Source: Iphione sp. A-MEVVRFRX5
Taxonomy: Eukaryota
Direction: 5' to 3'
NCBI GenBank assembly: GCA_976226885.1
Contig: OZ320321.1
Span: 51,894,001 to 51,958,000 of the forward strand
DNA length: 64,000 nucleotides
Part shown: positions 26,629-37,672 of the stretch, one piece after another
Position numbering within the stretch: the first letter of the stretch is position 1
How the letters are laid out: every line of letters starts with the position of its first letter
Position numbers and translations under genes: made by a program
The notes under the pieces: model-generated
What the model was told of the DNA's origin: nothing
Database searches by the model: none
The model's input: the letters and a program-made list of their open reading frames with translations, nothing else

Positions 26629-27076
26629 CCGGGTCTATTCATAACTTCTCCATCACCATTGTTTGACCGATAAATACCTCTTAACAATATAACAATAAGC
26701 AAGCACACCTGACGCCTCCACATTGATAGAAGACCTAAGTAAACACTTCATGCAATTCCATATTGGCTTGTATTAATCACTAATCAAAAGCATTTATATT
26801 GTTCGCCCCGATCAAAGAAACATGACTCGCCAATAAAATTTGATGAAGTTTATTGCTGAATCACACTAATGACAACGAGGCTCCGCCCGGCCCGCCTTTT
26901 ATACAGAATTGTAACTCCAGGTGGAGCCCCTCTTAAGATTAACTCCGGTAGACCAGTGGCTCCGCACTGGGGGAGCCCGCAACAATATGTTTGCTAACAA
27001 TGAACACTGAACAATCGCTTGATCAAAATATGATGGGGAGGGCTGAAGAGCTAACCAATGGTTCACCACCGGTACA
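26629..27076 (+). repeat. Local direct duplication, copy 2 (carries solo LTR)
   Basis: 448 bp = 259 + 185 + 4; first 69 bp identical to copy 1. Confidence 0.9.
26800..26984 (-). mobile_element. Solo LTR (185 bp), probably Ty3/Gypsy type
   Basis: TGTT...AACA termini; ATAT TSD (26796-26799 / 26985-26988); on the - strand TATAAAA (26903-26897) upstream of AATAAA (26854-26849); absent from the duplicate copy. Confidence 0.8.
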
Positions 27077-29868
27077 ATATCCTACGAATGACAGGTCATG
27101 CATATGTACCTTCTATACATGATTTGACTTTTAGGTCTAAATCCTTGGGGAATGTGTGCAGGATTGGATGAAGTCCTCTACATGCCAAGATGCAGAATAT
27201 AGACACAAAGTGTACTTGGCAAAACAATTCTTCTGTGATTAACGACAACTTGAATAAAAGAAAACATGATACCTAGAGAAAGAATCTGAATGGCCCATAT
27301 TGATTCCGAAAAGAACACTGCTGGTTTATTTGGGTCTTAGATGATTCAATGTCCATCCTGAATAGCATTGATCTCAGTGATATCATTATCTCTTTATCAG
27401 CGTTGTCATCATTGTCTCCCTTGACGGACGGTGACTGGAAGCTGAGAAGACTTATCCCTCTCATTTGGTAATGCCTTCATTTGTCTTAGTCCTACTCCTG
27501 GCTCATGATGATTAAAAAGTCTCGTTCTCTTGTTGCCTCTGATGTGCTGTCAACAGTTGTATACTCTGTCACACATTGTCCTTGGTTTTGGAGTTTATAT
27601 TCTTAAGTCTTTCGTAGCACAGACTGGATGTTATCCAACCCTTGTGGTCGCTGACATGGACATACAATGTAGAGGGAGCAGTCCACGTCCCCTCCAAACT
27701 ATCTACGTCTCGCATATAGACCGCAGTGAAAGAGGGACAAAACCGCTTGTTCATGTACCATTACAGCCAAATAGTGCTCACTTTCCCCAGTACCAATAGC
27801 GATCCTACTGAAGAGTACTCAATTATAGATGAGCATCACAGGTCAAATCCTCTTTAAGGCTAAATTTCCATTTGCACATGGCCTGCGTGAGGTATGTATC
27901 ATGTAGTAACTGTATTTTATTTGGAATACACATATATACATGAATACATTTCCATATCAGCATGAGGTGTGTAGCATGCAACATGTCCACATGCTCCGTA
28001 TTTGAAGAATGGGACTTGTCCCATCCTGCTGTGAACCTGACATGTGTTTCAGGTGTGTTTTTTGGAAAGAATCATTGCTAACAGATGTGTAAAATGTAAA
28101 CATGTGTTGATTGATATCATGCAAACAGTCATTATCAGATTTAAAAGGATTAAGACAAACACATGAACCAACATGGCTACACACTCATACATGCATATGA
28201 ACACCCAGTCTGTAACCTTCTGTTCTCCTCAAAGGACAGCCAGGGACGTAGTGCGATCAAAATCCAGGGATTGGGGTGGTGTTGGATAATGGTTGAGGAC
28301 TTGCCGACTGTCGCTGAATTTGATCGTTTCCGGGGCAGGGAGGGGGAACACCTCTAAAACCCTACACTCTCAAGCCCCCCGTGAAAGTAGACCACCTCTC
28401 CAGGGCATCTGAAGGAAAGTATAGTGTCACTGAGCTTGCCTAGCCATCCCCAGTTGAATCAAATCCATAGACATCTTCAACTTCTAGCTAAAATTCTTAG
28501 CTTTCTTACGATCTCCAGAGGGATAGCAGCTCATCCGCTTTCCTTGCTGATGCATCTGACCTGAGCCCGTTGGCTTTCCACTTCTGATGGTAATAGACAT
28601 TGCTGTGATCTCATCTCTTGAATATCCATATTTTAGGAAATGTTATAGCGGCAAATCTTGACACTCCATTTGCTTATAGAATAGCGGTTAAAGGCCTATT
28701 GGTGTTTAAACCGATTTCTCAATATTCTATGCTGCTTCTGAAAAAAACAACACAATGGTAATTACGCATATGCAGTGGTACGGGACATTAGTATTTATGT
28801 TTATCGATAAATCATTCTGTTAATCAATAGAAGTAATCTATTTTTAATTCTATCTTTTCCTGTCAGACTTTCAAAGGCAGGAACTTTGTCTTCGGTTGAA
28901 TAACGTGCTAATAGCCCCAAGTCACCTTATCTGTACTTCTGACAATACGTTTAGTGTTCTGTAAAGTCAAAATGGGACTTCTTTTCAATGTGCAAAAACG
29001 TGAATCACAAAACAAGAGCTATACTGACAAAATGATTTAATATTTATCAGTAGCAACGAACATTCAAAATCTAAATGTAGTCGAAACCTCGGAGTGAAAA
29101 GACACAGCTATCAGTAAACTGACAGTGGTACCATGTTTATAACATGGCTCGTCCGTATCTAGTAAAAGGTTACTTAAACAATGTAAGACTGCATTTTCTC
29201 ATTTTTCTTCAGCTTTGCGCTGTACACTTTCGATTCGGCCGATGAGATGTATGTGCATGGAGTCGTGACAGTGCAGGTACCGAGCGTATATCGATTGCAT
29301 ATCGATCTGTCATCAATAGCAAAACATGCGTTGTCACCAATGCGCCCCTACCGGGCAGTATTGATGAGTGACCCCCTTCTTCAGGTACATTTCGACGAGT
29401 ATTTATATATGAACGTGATGGCATTAGCTGTATATCTCTATAGAGAGGCAGATTGCTGAGAAGGAGGATGTTTGCGAAAATGCGATAGCTACAAATAATT
29501 AATTTCCTTGCCGGCACAGAATGAACAGTACTTTGCATTTCTAAATGGAAGGCTCAAGGCACGATGCAGGCATTTGTTGTGCAGCATGGCTTGGCCACAT
29601 TCGTGATCGTAGTTGAATGTACAATGTATAAGAAAATGCTTTGGAAATGCAGCACGTTTTATTGTTAAAGGTCAATTGGATGCACCGTTGATGTGTAGAG
29701 CTGCTGGCGGTTCGGTTTATTTTCGGCTTAAGTTCTAGAAAACTAAATCTCCAAAAGCTAGGCGGGAATCGGAGTCCAATCATTGCTATAGTCATAACGC
29801 ATTTCCGATATCTAAGAAGAGATACATTGAAAACAAATTATTTAGGCGACTGGATTTAGAACATGTAA

Positions 29869-30101
29869 GGGGTCATTCACATGTAACCGTACGGAAAATA
29901 CATCTACAGGTCTGGAGATGTACCAACCTCCTCCTGGGCGTGTATATCAATTGCTTACATATGTTAACCAGATGTTTTTAACCATGACTTCCTACGAAAA
30001 CGGATCCATATCCATACAAAATCCGTCCTGGGCAGGTTTGGAAAGCATGTCTTCAGATCCATACACGTAGACAAATACATGTACGTGTACATGTGAAGGC
30101 T
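29869..30101. mobile_element. PIF/Harbinger-like MITE
   Basis: Imperfect TIRs GGGGTCATTCACATGTA / TACATGTGAAGGCT flanked by TAA/TTA. Confidence 0.45.
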
Positions 30102-30305
30102 TTAATTGATTACTTAATTGATTAATTGATTAGAACAGATATCTACGGACCCGTACACACAAGAAAATATGGATACATATATATTGCCCCTTACTCAGTT
30201 AAGTCATTAGGTGACTGTTTTCTTTCATTGACACCTCTGCCTGTTCGATATAGAATTCCTTTGCTTACTAAGGAAGTATCCATACCCAACCATGATTAAA
30301 TCTCA

Positions 30306-30620
30306 TTAAGGTGAAACAAAATATCTGCTTCCGATAACGTGCCGCTAAAATATAGGGTCGGTAGGTAGGTGGTATTTCTATATTTCTTTAATTTCAATGT
30401 CAATTGGTACTCAAAGCAACAAATGTATATAGCAATATCGCTTCTACTGTTTAGAAACATACATCATACGAAAGCTAGTTGTCTGAGAAACAATTTGGTG
30501 TATTGTATGTTTGTAGCTTTATTCAAGTCTAAGATGTTGGCAAAAGAAATATAACACTAAAACCCACAATGTAGGGTCAGTCGGGTTACTGGAAACACAG
30601 ATAATCTTTTCACTAGGCAT
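30306..30620. mobile_element. MITE, diverged copy of the 18185 family
   Basis: AAAATATAGGGTCGGTAGG near the left end; AATGTAGGGTCAGTCGGGTTACTGGAAACA...TAGGC at the right end. Confidence 0.65.
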
Positions 30621-33164
30621 AATGCTGACACCAAGAAGACAAAATCACTCTCTGTTAGACTCTTGTGTTTTAGTTCTAGTGTGTTTTTTCAGTGGAGAAA
30701 AATAAGCTTTCCCAGCACTTAAAATCACTCTCATGAGAATGCTAAAGAAATCAATAAGGCACCTCCCGAAGAGGGTCGACTGTAGCCTCGGCATCAGTCT
30801 GCCATGGCTTTGTCCTGCAGGAAGCGCCTCTACTCATCGCAGTCAAATTAATCCTACCGCGGGCTAAATTATTTGTCACCGTCTTGATTCATGGTCATCG
30901 CCGTACAAGGTTTATCTAAGATCACCACCTGGTTTTTATTAGGGACTTTTCTCTTTCATCATGCAGTTTTTGTCCCCCTTCCTCCTTATCACTACGTCTT
31001 CCGCGGCCAGACACATTTCTGCTATCACAAACACCATAAATACCGCCCGTGCTGAAGGCAAGGGGAACACATTGTTTTGAACCTTAATCTATCATCTGGT
31101 CATGTGTAGCTCGGGACACAAAATGCATTTTTAGGTTGTTTTCCAGGCACTTCACCTGACTGATATGCCGAGGAAATATCCACTCCTTCATTTGCTGGTT
31201 ACAAATTGAACCGCATACTTGCTCCATATCCCATCGTTGCCTACCAGGCACTCTGCAATATATTTAACACTTCTACATTCGTAAGAACGGAGGCACAAAG
31301 CAATTATAGGACGTCTCTGTCGATTTTGAAATGACAGAATATTCACTCTTCGCCCCATACGAATGAAAATAGGTTCAAGGGTTGAATACACAACACTTGC
31401 GACTGTCTAGATACTGCTTTCTGGATATTGTTATAAACCATTTCGAATCCAAACAAAGGGGCTGCAAGTATACTTTGCAGGATTTTTCAACGCGTCACGA
31501 GTGGTTAATCAACGCATACCCCTCGAATGCCTTTCCCAGGGTACGATCTCATTTTTCGAAGCTCATATTTAATCCCCTTTTCAGAATGGCCTGATATGAC
31601 GAATATTGCTCTACTTTCGCGCGCGTGTGTGTTTGCGGATGTCCAATATTCGCATTTACGTCGCTATAGTTCTTCTAGATGGTCTGACCGAGTTCAGCTC
31701 TGGGAGTCAATCGACCTGCTGGTCGTGCAGGCTGCCGTGTGCGACTAAAGGTTACCTTAATATTGTCCGTGCACACAGCCCGTGGCGGCCGGTGTGGCTG
31801 GAGGAGATGCTGCGGGCGGGGACGGATGATAGAGGGCCACGTAATTTGCCAGCATGCAAACACCCATCAATGCCTCCTCCTAGGGACCGGAAGGCTTAAT
31901 GCAGACGGTAGATAGCTCACCACAGTCTTAAATTAAATAGGATGGGCAATTTAAGACACACAAGGATAAGGTGGGAGGGAATCAAATGTGAATGTGCATT
32001 TAAATTGTTGAAAGCATTGCCATGGCGACGTCAGTCTTTTCTCCGTCGTTGGGGTTTATTTTGTCGAACTAGCGAAGACGGCCGAAGCGGTTGCATTATA
32101 GCACGTAGTTTGGTAATTCACCAGAATTTACTTATACCCCAAGGTGTGCTGATCCCCACTATTCCTAACTAAGTGTACGAATTACTACGCAGAAGAGTAC
32201 GAAGTATTGGTCTTGGGCCCCCTGACGGTGCTTAACATGGACATTTCGGTCTTATCCTTTCTGACCTCCCATTATTTGAAAGAATAACATGGAAATAGAC
32301 GATTTTATTGAGAAATTAAAAGCGGTGCTCGCGGCTAACCTCCAGGGGAAGCCAACCTTCCGCTTCATCGATGACATCATATCTCACCTCGGACACAGGT
32401 TGCTCCTTTTAGTCCCACCAGCAGTTGCCTAGGTATGACGGTCACATCTAAGTCTGTGAGTCAAATGGCGGATTCTAAACGGCGCAAGATAACCGTCATG
32501 AATCACGACACTCATACTGGTACATGTATATACGCAAAGGAGTATTCAGTTGGGGAATGACCGACCGAATCGTCCTAATACATATATTTCTATACGTTTC
32601 ATACATACCGCTCAGACACCTGTTTAACCATAACTCAATAACATAAATGCATAAAACTGTGCAATGTTTTCCAGTCTATTTCTAGAGAATGATAAAGGAT
32701 TTTTTTTAATTAAAACGTATTGCGACAAATTCTCTGGGACCTTTCTGGTCGTATTCCCTTCGGTTTCATGGGGGTATTGATTCCGCAAAGCCTATGCTAC
32801 ATTCGTCTGCATAAGTTTTGATGCCGACCAACATCCAACCTGCGCCGATTGGAACCTGACGCGCAGAGCCGATGTATAATGGTTTCCCTCTTGGGAGCCG
32901 GTTGTCTAGGCGATTGTCCGAGATCCCCATGTGCATTTTCCATCGAAGCGACGCTGGCGGAAGAGACTCCATCTGGCGACTGTCTGTGGCACTAATGCGC
33001 CTAATTACCTAAGGACATTAGGCTCGCATTGAACGGACACTTTGATAGGGTCTTTAAAGTCTGGAGCCTCCAGCCACTCCTTCACGACGAGCCTCTATGT
33101 CCCGCCGTCTTCCACACTTACCATGGTCACGCTAATGAAAGGACCGTCACGGGACTGTAAGGGT

Positions 33165-33307
33165 CATTACAAGCAACACCGAGTGGAGATCAACAATATT
33201 TATTACAATAAACGATCACAGAGCAGTCATCAAAAAATAGTCGACAAAAATTGGCAATAATTCTCACAATAAAAGACAAGTTAAAATCGTTGTTAAAAGT
33301 GAGTCAA
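33165..33307 (-). repeat. Split direct repeat B2 (143 bp, 3' terminus)
   Basis: Identical to 33488-33630. Confidence 0.97.
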
Positions 33308-33396
33308 TGTGACTAGAGGTGACTAGCAATATAAGGTCTGTTGATGACTAGTAAAAGGTAAGAAAAGTCTTTGTTGATGTAGTGGTGGGTGGGTGG

Positions 33397-33492
33397 CTGT
33401 TGCGACGAGGAACGACGACTGAATGTCCATAAATAGCCTCGGTGCCTCGCAATGAACGCCAATGAGCACGCATGCCCATTGGACACCCATTA
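33397..33492 (-). repeat. Split direct repeat A2 (96 bp)
   Basis: Identical to 37673-37768. Confidence 0.97.
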
Positions 33493-33630
33493 CAAGCAAC
33501 ACCGAGTGGAGATCAACAATATTTATTACAATAAACGATCACAGAGCAGTCATCAAAAAATAGTCGACAAAAATTGGCAATAATTCTCACAATAAAAGAC
33601 AAGTTAAAATCGTTGTTAAAAGTGAGTCAA
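33488..33630 (-). repeat. Split direct repeat B1 (143 bp)
   Basis: Begins at the YR stop codon; overlaps A2 by CATTA. Confidence 0.97.
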
Positions 33631-34592
33631 GTGCCAAGGGGATGTGATATGGCGGCAGTAACTTGCTTGGACGACACTTGTGGCAAGTACGCTCTGACCG
33701 CGTGCGACCGCCAATCCCCCCTCTTCATCAGGGTATGTAGGGGGGTGCCGGCGCGTAGGGCGGCTTGGGCGCCCCCTCGCCTGAGAGCATGCAAGGTGGG
33801 TCGGGGGCCGCTGGGCTGTGCCTGTTGAAGGGCCGCCGACCAGAGGCGACGGGCGACGCGGATCGGTATGGCGTCCTTCTCGTTTGGAAACGTGCAGAAC
33901 GGGTCGTCGGAGCGCCATGTAGAGTTGTCTCGACCGGCCTGCTGGAACGCTTGAGTGTAAGAGATGCCCTGTAACGTCAAAGGGGCATGAATGGTGATCT
34001 CCTTGGTGAGATTCTGCCGCGTCTTCGACCACCGGATGGCGATTCGCAACTGATCACCATCCACCACAACATCACGTTTTCGAAGATGATATCTCGGGTT
34101 AAAACCCCCCACCGTGGGCGGGAAGAGGTTGGATTGCCTCAATAGGGACAGGAATAGCAGCACCACCCCAAGGGCAACCTGTCGGCCGATGGCGGAGTGA
34201 CCTAGGGCGGCTACTACCCGGCTGAGGCAGTCAGGCGTGACCGTAGGCGGGTCCCGATGGGGCTGCGGGGTAATTCGAAGAGCCCTAATGGCATTCTTCA
34301 CCTGTCGACTGTCCCATGCATTCGTATCACGCGCGAGGTCTGCGTAGTGGGCCTTTATCTGAGAAATGTTGTTGGCGACCGAAGGTGGGGCGATCCGTGT
34401 CGCCAACGACTCAATGTAAGCACAGATGTCCCTAACTCGGGGCCGGGCAGGGTCGAAGTCATAGCGTTTGGCGAATTCGTCAAACCTCCTGACCGCGGAG
34501 AGACGATTGGCGCGTGTCCCCGGTCTCACGGCCTGGGTCTGCCGGATCTCAGCTTTTCGCAGAAGAGCATCATACTCAGGATCTGAAATACA
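33627..34592 (-). CDS. Tyrosine recombinase (ORF3) of the Ngaro element; open frame begins right after the RT/RH stop, true start unresolved
   Basis: Catalytic R (LLRQSNL), K (WSKT), HxxR (LHALRR), W (GDWRS), Y (VRAY); the only Met is near the C-terminus; the track start at 34529 is GTG. Confidence 0.93.
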   Translation of the reverse strand, partial: CISDPEYDALLRKAEIRQTQAVRPGTRANRLSAVRRFDEFAKRYDFDPARPRVRDICAYIESLATRIAPPSVANNISQIKAHYADLARDTNAWDSRQVKNAIRALRITPQPHRDPPTVTPDCLSRVVAALGHSAIGRQVALGVVLLFLSLLRQSNLFPPTVGGFNPRYHLRKRDVVVDGDQLRIAIRWSKTRQNLTKEITIHAPLTLQGISYTQAFQQAGRDNSTWRSDDPFCTFPNEKDAIPIRVARRLWSAALQQAQPSGPRPTLHALRRGGAQAALRAGTPLHTLMKRGDWRSHAVRAYLPQVSSKQVTAAISHPLGT

Positions 34593-36575
34593 TCATAAAT
34601 ATGGTGCGTAGTTGTGTGCCCAAGCTGACGGTGATACGGTATATAATGCATAGTGTTGGACGATTACTTTGGCTGCAGCGGCCTCACTGGACGAATTCCC
34701 CGCGCGACTCAATGCGTCCGCTACCTGCATTTGTACACCTGGAACGTGCTGGGTCCTGATCTCGATCCCCGTGCTGGCGGCGTGCATCCAGAGGGCGCGT
34801 GCACAGGCGTTTATTACGTGATCGCGCCCCCTGCCGTGGTTGAAAACATCAACGGTAGGCTTGTTGTCACATCTGAGGAGAACGATGTCCCCCGCGCTCA
34901 TACGTGAGGCAAATGTGCGTACGGCGAGTAGGCAATTAATCGCCTCTAATTGGCTGATATGGTGTGCCTGTGCCATTGCCTTCGGCCATATGTATGTGTA
35001 TGCGAGGGTCCCATCTGTGGCTCCTGCGCCGGTCAGGCAGGCGTCGGCTTCTATGACCACGTTATGGGGAAGCGGTACGAGGAAAGATCTACAGTTTCCC
35101 TGCTCACTGTAGAGGCGAAGCCATCTCAGGTCTGCTCTTACGCTGGTGTCAATGATGACTTGGTCTTGATTTGCCTGTCTTATCGCATCTAGGAGCCGAC
35201 ACATATATAATCTGGCAGGAGACACTATCTTCGCCAGGTGATTGACTTTGCCAGCTATACTCCTAGCCTCTCGAATGGTAATGACATCCTTTTCTGCTGC
35301 ATCGGCAAAATGTCTGACATATGAGTGGACCTTTTCTTCTGGGATTGATAGCTGTGCCTTCTCCATGTCAAAGAGAACTCCAAGCCACTTTACCTGATAT
35401 GACGGGGGTTGTAGCTTGGAGCTCGCCACAGTAAGCCCCATCGCTGCCAGCTGTTGTTGGACCACGTTGAAGTCACTATTCGGGTCGCGATCCGGAGGCG
35501 TGACTATCAAGATGTCGTCCAAGTACATCAGGGTCTTTATTCCCATGGCATCGAAGTGTCTTACCAGGAAGTCAGCTACTCTCTGCATACAGAGCGCGGA
35601 GCATCTCGCTCCAAAAGGGAGCGCTGTGTCGACATAATATGCGCCATGCGTGTAGATGCCCAGCAATGGCCAGTCACCTGGACATGTTCTGAAATGTCTA
35701 TATGCTCGCTTTATATCCACCACAGCGAGCATGGGGGGCTGACCGATCTGGAGGATGGCGTCGACCGCATCACTGACTGTAGGTAGAGAGTGTTCGTATG
35801 TGACACCTGAAATAGTGTTCTTTTCCACATACTTGTTGACGTTAGCCTCATGAGGATAAGATAAGTCAACAATCACGCGCCTAGAGCCATCAGATTTTGC
35901 GCGAGTCATTAGAGGGGCAACGCTGAACCATGGCTCGAAGGGCGGAGCATCGAATGGTCCCAGCAATGCTCCATCTTGACATTCAGTACTGACATAGTCC
36001 CTTATAGCCGTAGGGTATGCTCTAGCTGATGGATGATTATCAACATGTGCATTACAGAGAGGTGGGCCTCCATAGCCCAATGGGAAGCCGTAACGCACAC
36101 CGGTCAATACGAAATCATCGTGTGGGTGTCCAGTGCTCCTGCTCTGCCATTGTTGGAACGGCAGGTTACTTTCGATCGGAATCCTTGCTGCCTGGGAATT
36201 GGCTAGTCCCGTGGCGGCCACTACATCGTAGATATAGGCCATCCTCGGAGGGAGGAGATGGGTAGATGCTGGCCAGGTGTGACAGCGGTTCTCTGCGAGG
36301 GCATACTGCGGCAGCTGTATGATTCTGCCGGTGTCCTGTGGTGATAGCGGGCAATCAAACATGCTAGAGTAGCCAGCTGGTGTGGGTTCCTCTGTATGTG
36401 CAGCGTTTGAGCAGTGATCGTGTCCTGATCGCGACTGAAAAACATGGCAACTGTCCATCGTGACGATCGGGGAGAGGTCGAGGGACAATAAGGGTAGGTC
36501 GGCGACACATGGAGTCGAAGTAGGCACGGGTGATGGTGTATTTTCACCCACATCACAAACAATCAGTTTTTTAAC
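34593..36575 (-). CDS. Reverse transcriptase-RNase H (ORF2) of the Ngaro element
   Basis: GPFDAPPF, VIVDLSYP, VDIKRAYR, LPFG, YLDD; RNase H EADAC, LEA, CDN, ADALSR; frame open from 36575, first ATG at 36458 (track start 36551 is GTG). Confidence 0.95.
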   Translation of the reverse strand, partial: VKKLIVCDVGENTPSPVPTSTPCVADLPLLSLDLSPIVTMDSCHVFQSRSGHDHCSNAAHTEEPTPAGYSSMFDCPLSPQDTGRIIQLPQYALAENRCHTWPASTHLLPPRMAYIYDVVAATGLANSQAARIPIESNLPFQQWQSRSTGHPHDDFVLTGVRYGFPLGYGGPPLCNAHVDNHPSARAYPTAIRDYVSTECQDGALLGPFDAPPFEPWFSVAPLMTRAKSDGSRRVIVDLSYPHEANVNKYVEKNTISGVTYEHSLPTVSDAVDAILQIGQPPMLAVVDIKRAYRHFRTCPGDWPLLGIYTHGAYYVDTALPFGARCSALCMQRVADFLVRHFDAMGIKTLMYLDDILIVTPPDRDPNSDFNVVQQQLAAMGLTVASSKLQPPSYQVKWLGVLFDMEKAQLSIPEEKVHSYVRHFADAAEKDVITIREARSIAGKVNHLAKIVSPARLYMCRLLDAIRQANQDQVIIDTSVRADLRWLRLYSEQGNCRSFLVPLPHNVVIEADACLTGAGATDGTLAYTYIWPKAMAQAHHISQLEAINCLLAVRTFASRMSAGDIVLLRCDNKPTVDVFNHGRGRDHVINACARALWMHAASTGIEIRTQHVPGVQMQVADALSRAGNSSSEAAAAKVIVQHYALYTVSPSAWAHNYAPYL

Positions 36576-37663
36576 TCACGATTCTCTGGTTGGTTGTTGT
36601 TGTCTGTGCGTTCCTTCTTCCTCCAGCGAGGCTCGGCTGGCTTGTCGGGCTTCGGCTGTAGCTGGTGCTCGTTGTCCTTCACCTTCATGCGGGTTTTCCT
36701 GGCACAGGCTGTTGCCGCATGTTGGCAATCGCGATTGCCGACGCCGTACCAACATACGGCGCACCTGTGCCAGAAAGTGAGGGGTCCATCGGGATGCCCG
36801 TCAAATTCCTTGCAACCTGTGGTGTTGAACTGTGGGCATGGGTGTCTGCGTTGTTCATCAGATAAGTTGCCCCTGACGAGGGACAGTCTTGTACGAAGTC
36901 GGTGGATCGCCTCCTCTGCAAACCAGGTGATTTTGTGCTGGTGAATTTGGTCGAACGTCGTAAGCGACCATGTCCTGACCGCGGTCCAATTCCCTTGTGT
37001 GGCATCCTCGCATATCTCAGTGATATGCGTAAGGTATCGGCGCAATTCATAGTCCATGGGGAATTCGTCCAGGGCCCTATTGCACAGTGCTAACACATAT
37101 TCAGGGAGAGTAAGATCGTCGATCGAAGGTCGCTGTTTGACCACAACCGCCAGGTCCCTCGGCAATGAGACGAAGGGGCGCCAGCGCTTGTGCACGTCAT
37201 GTGTAACTGGGTCAGGGTATGCCTTACCGTGGGTGCGTCCGAAAGAGATGTTGTCTCGGTGTTGCCTACGGTATCCTGTATCTTCATAACGTCTCCAGTC
37301 GTTGGTATCCTCGTTAAATGACCGTCTGTCCCCGCTGTTGTACCTTGGCCTAGGCGCACGGTGCTGCGTTGCTGGGGTAGAGTGCACTGGTGGACGGTCA
37401 AAAACATCGCTGTCCAACCATGACCGAGGTGGCGGGGTCGAGCTGACTGTGTGGCCACCGGTGGCCGTAGCACGCTTCTTTCCCCCCAGCTTGACCACGG
37501 CTGAGCGGACTTTAGTTTTCTTCTTCTTCTTCTTCCGTTCTTTTTCCGGACTCTCCTGCTTCTGCAGGAGAATTGCCATACAATCCTCCATCCGCTTCAT
37601 CCTTATAAGGACGTCCGAGAGCTCGGTAGGCGGATTTTCGGGTTGGGAATCGGAAGACGACAT
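36563..37663 (-). CDS. Gag-like ORF1 (366 aa) of the Ngaro element
   Basis: ATG at 37663, 10 nt after A1; Lys-run putative NLS (KERKKKKKKTK); C-terminal Cys/His cluster CPQFNTTGC...HRCAVC...HAATAC typical of DIRS/Ngaro Gag. Confidence 0.85.
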   Translation of the reverse strand: MSSSDSQPENPPTELSDVLIRMKRMEDCMAILLQKQESPEKERKKKKKKTKVRSAVVKLGGKKRATATGGHTVSSTPPPRSWLDSDVFDRPPVHSTPATQHRAPRPRYNSGDRRSFNEDTNDWRRYEDTGYRRQHRDNISFGRTHGKAYPDPVTHDVHKRWRPFVSLPRDLAVVVKQRPSIDDLTLPEYVLALCNRALDEFPMDYELRRYLTHITEICEDATQGNWTAVRTWSLTTFDQIHQHKITWFAEEAIHRLRTRLSLVRGNLSDEQRRHPCPQFNTTGCKEFDGHPDGPLTFWHRCAVCWYGVGNRDCQHAATACARKTRMKVKDNEHQLQPKPDKPAEPRWRKKERTDNNNQPENRELKN

Positions 37664-37672
37664 ATCCAGTAC

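Noticed and set aside
33627-34529. Reading the YR as a phage or bacterial integrase (contamination or prophage)
   Set aside because: Linked to eukaryotic Gag, RT/RNase H and split direct repeats in intronic DNA
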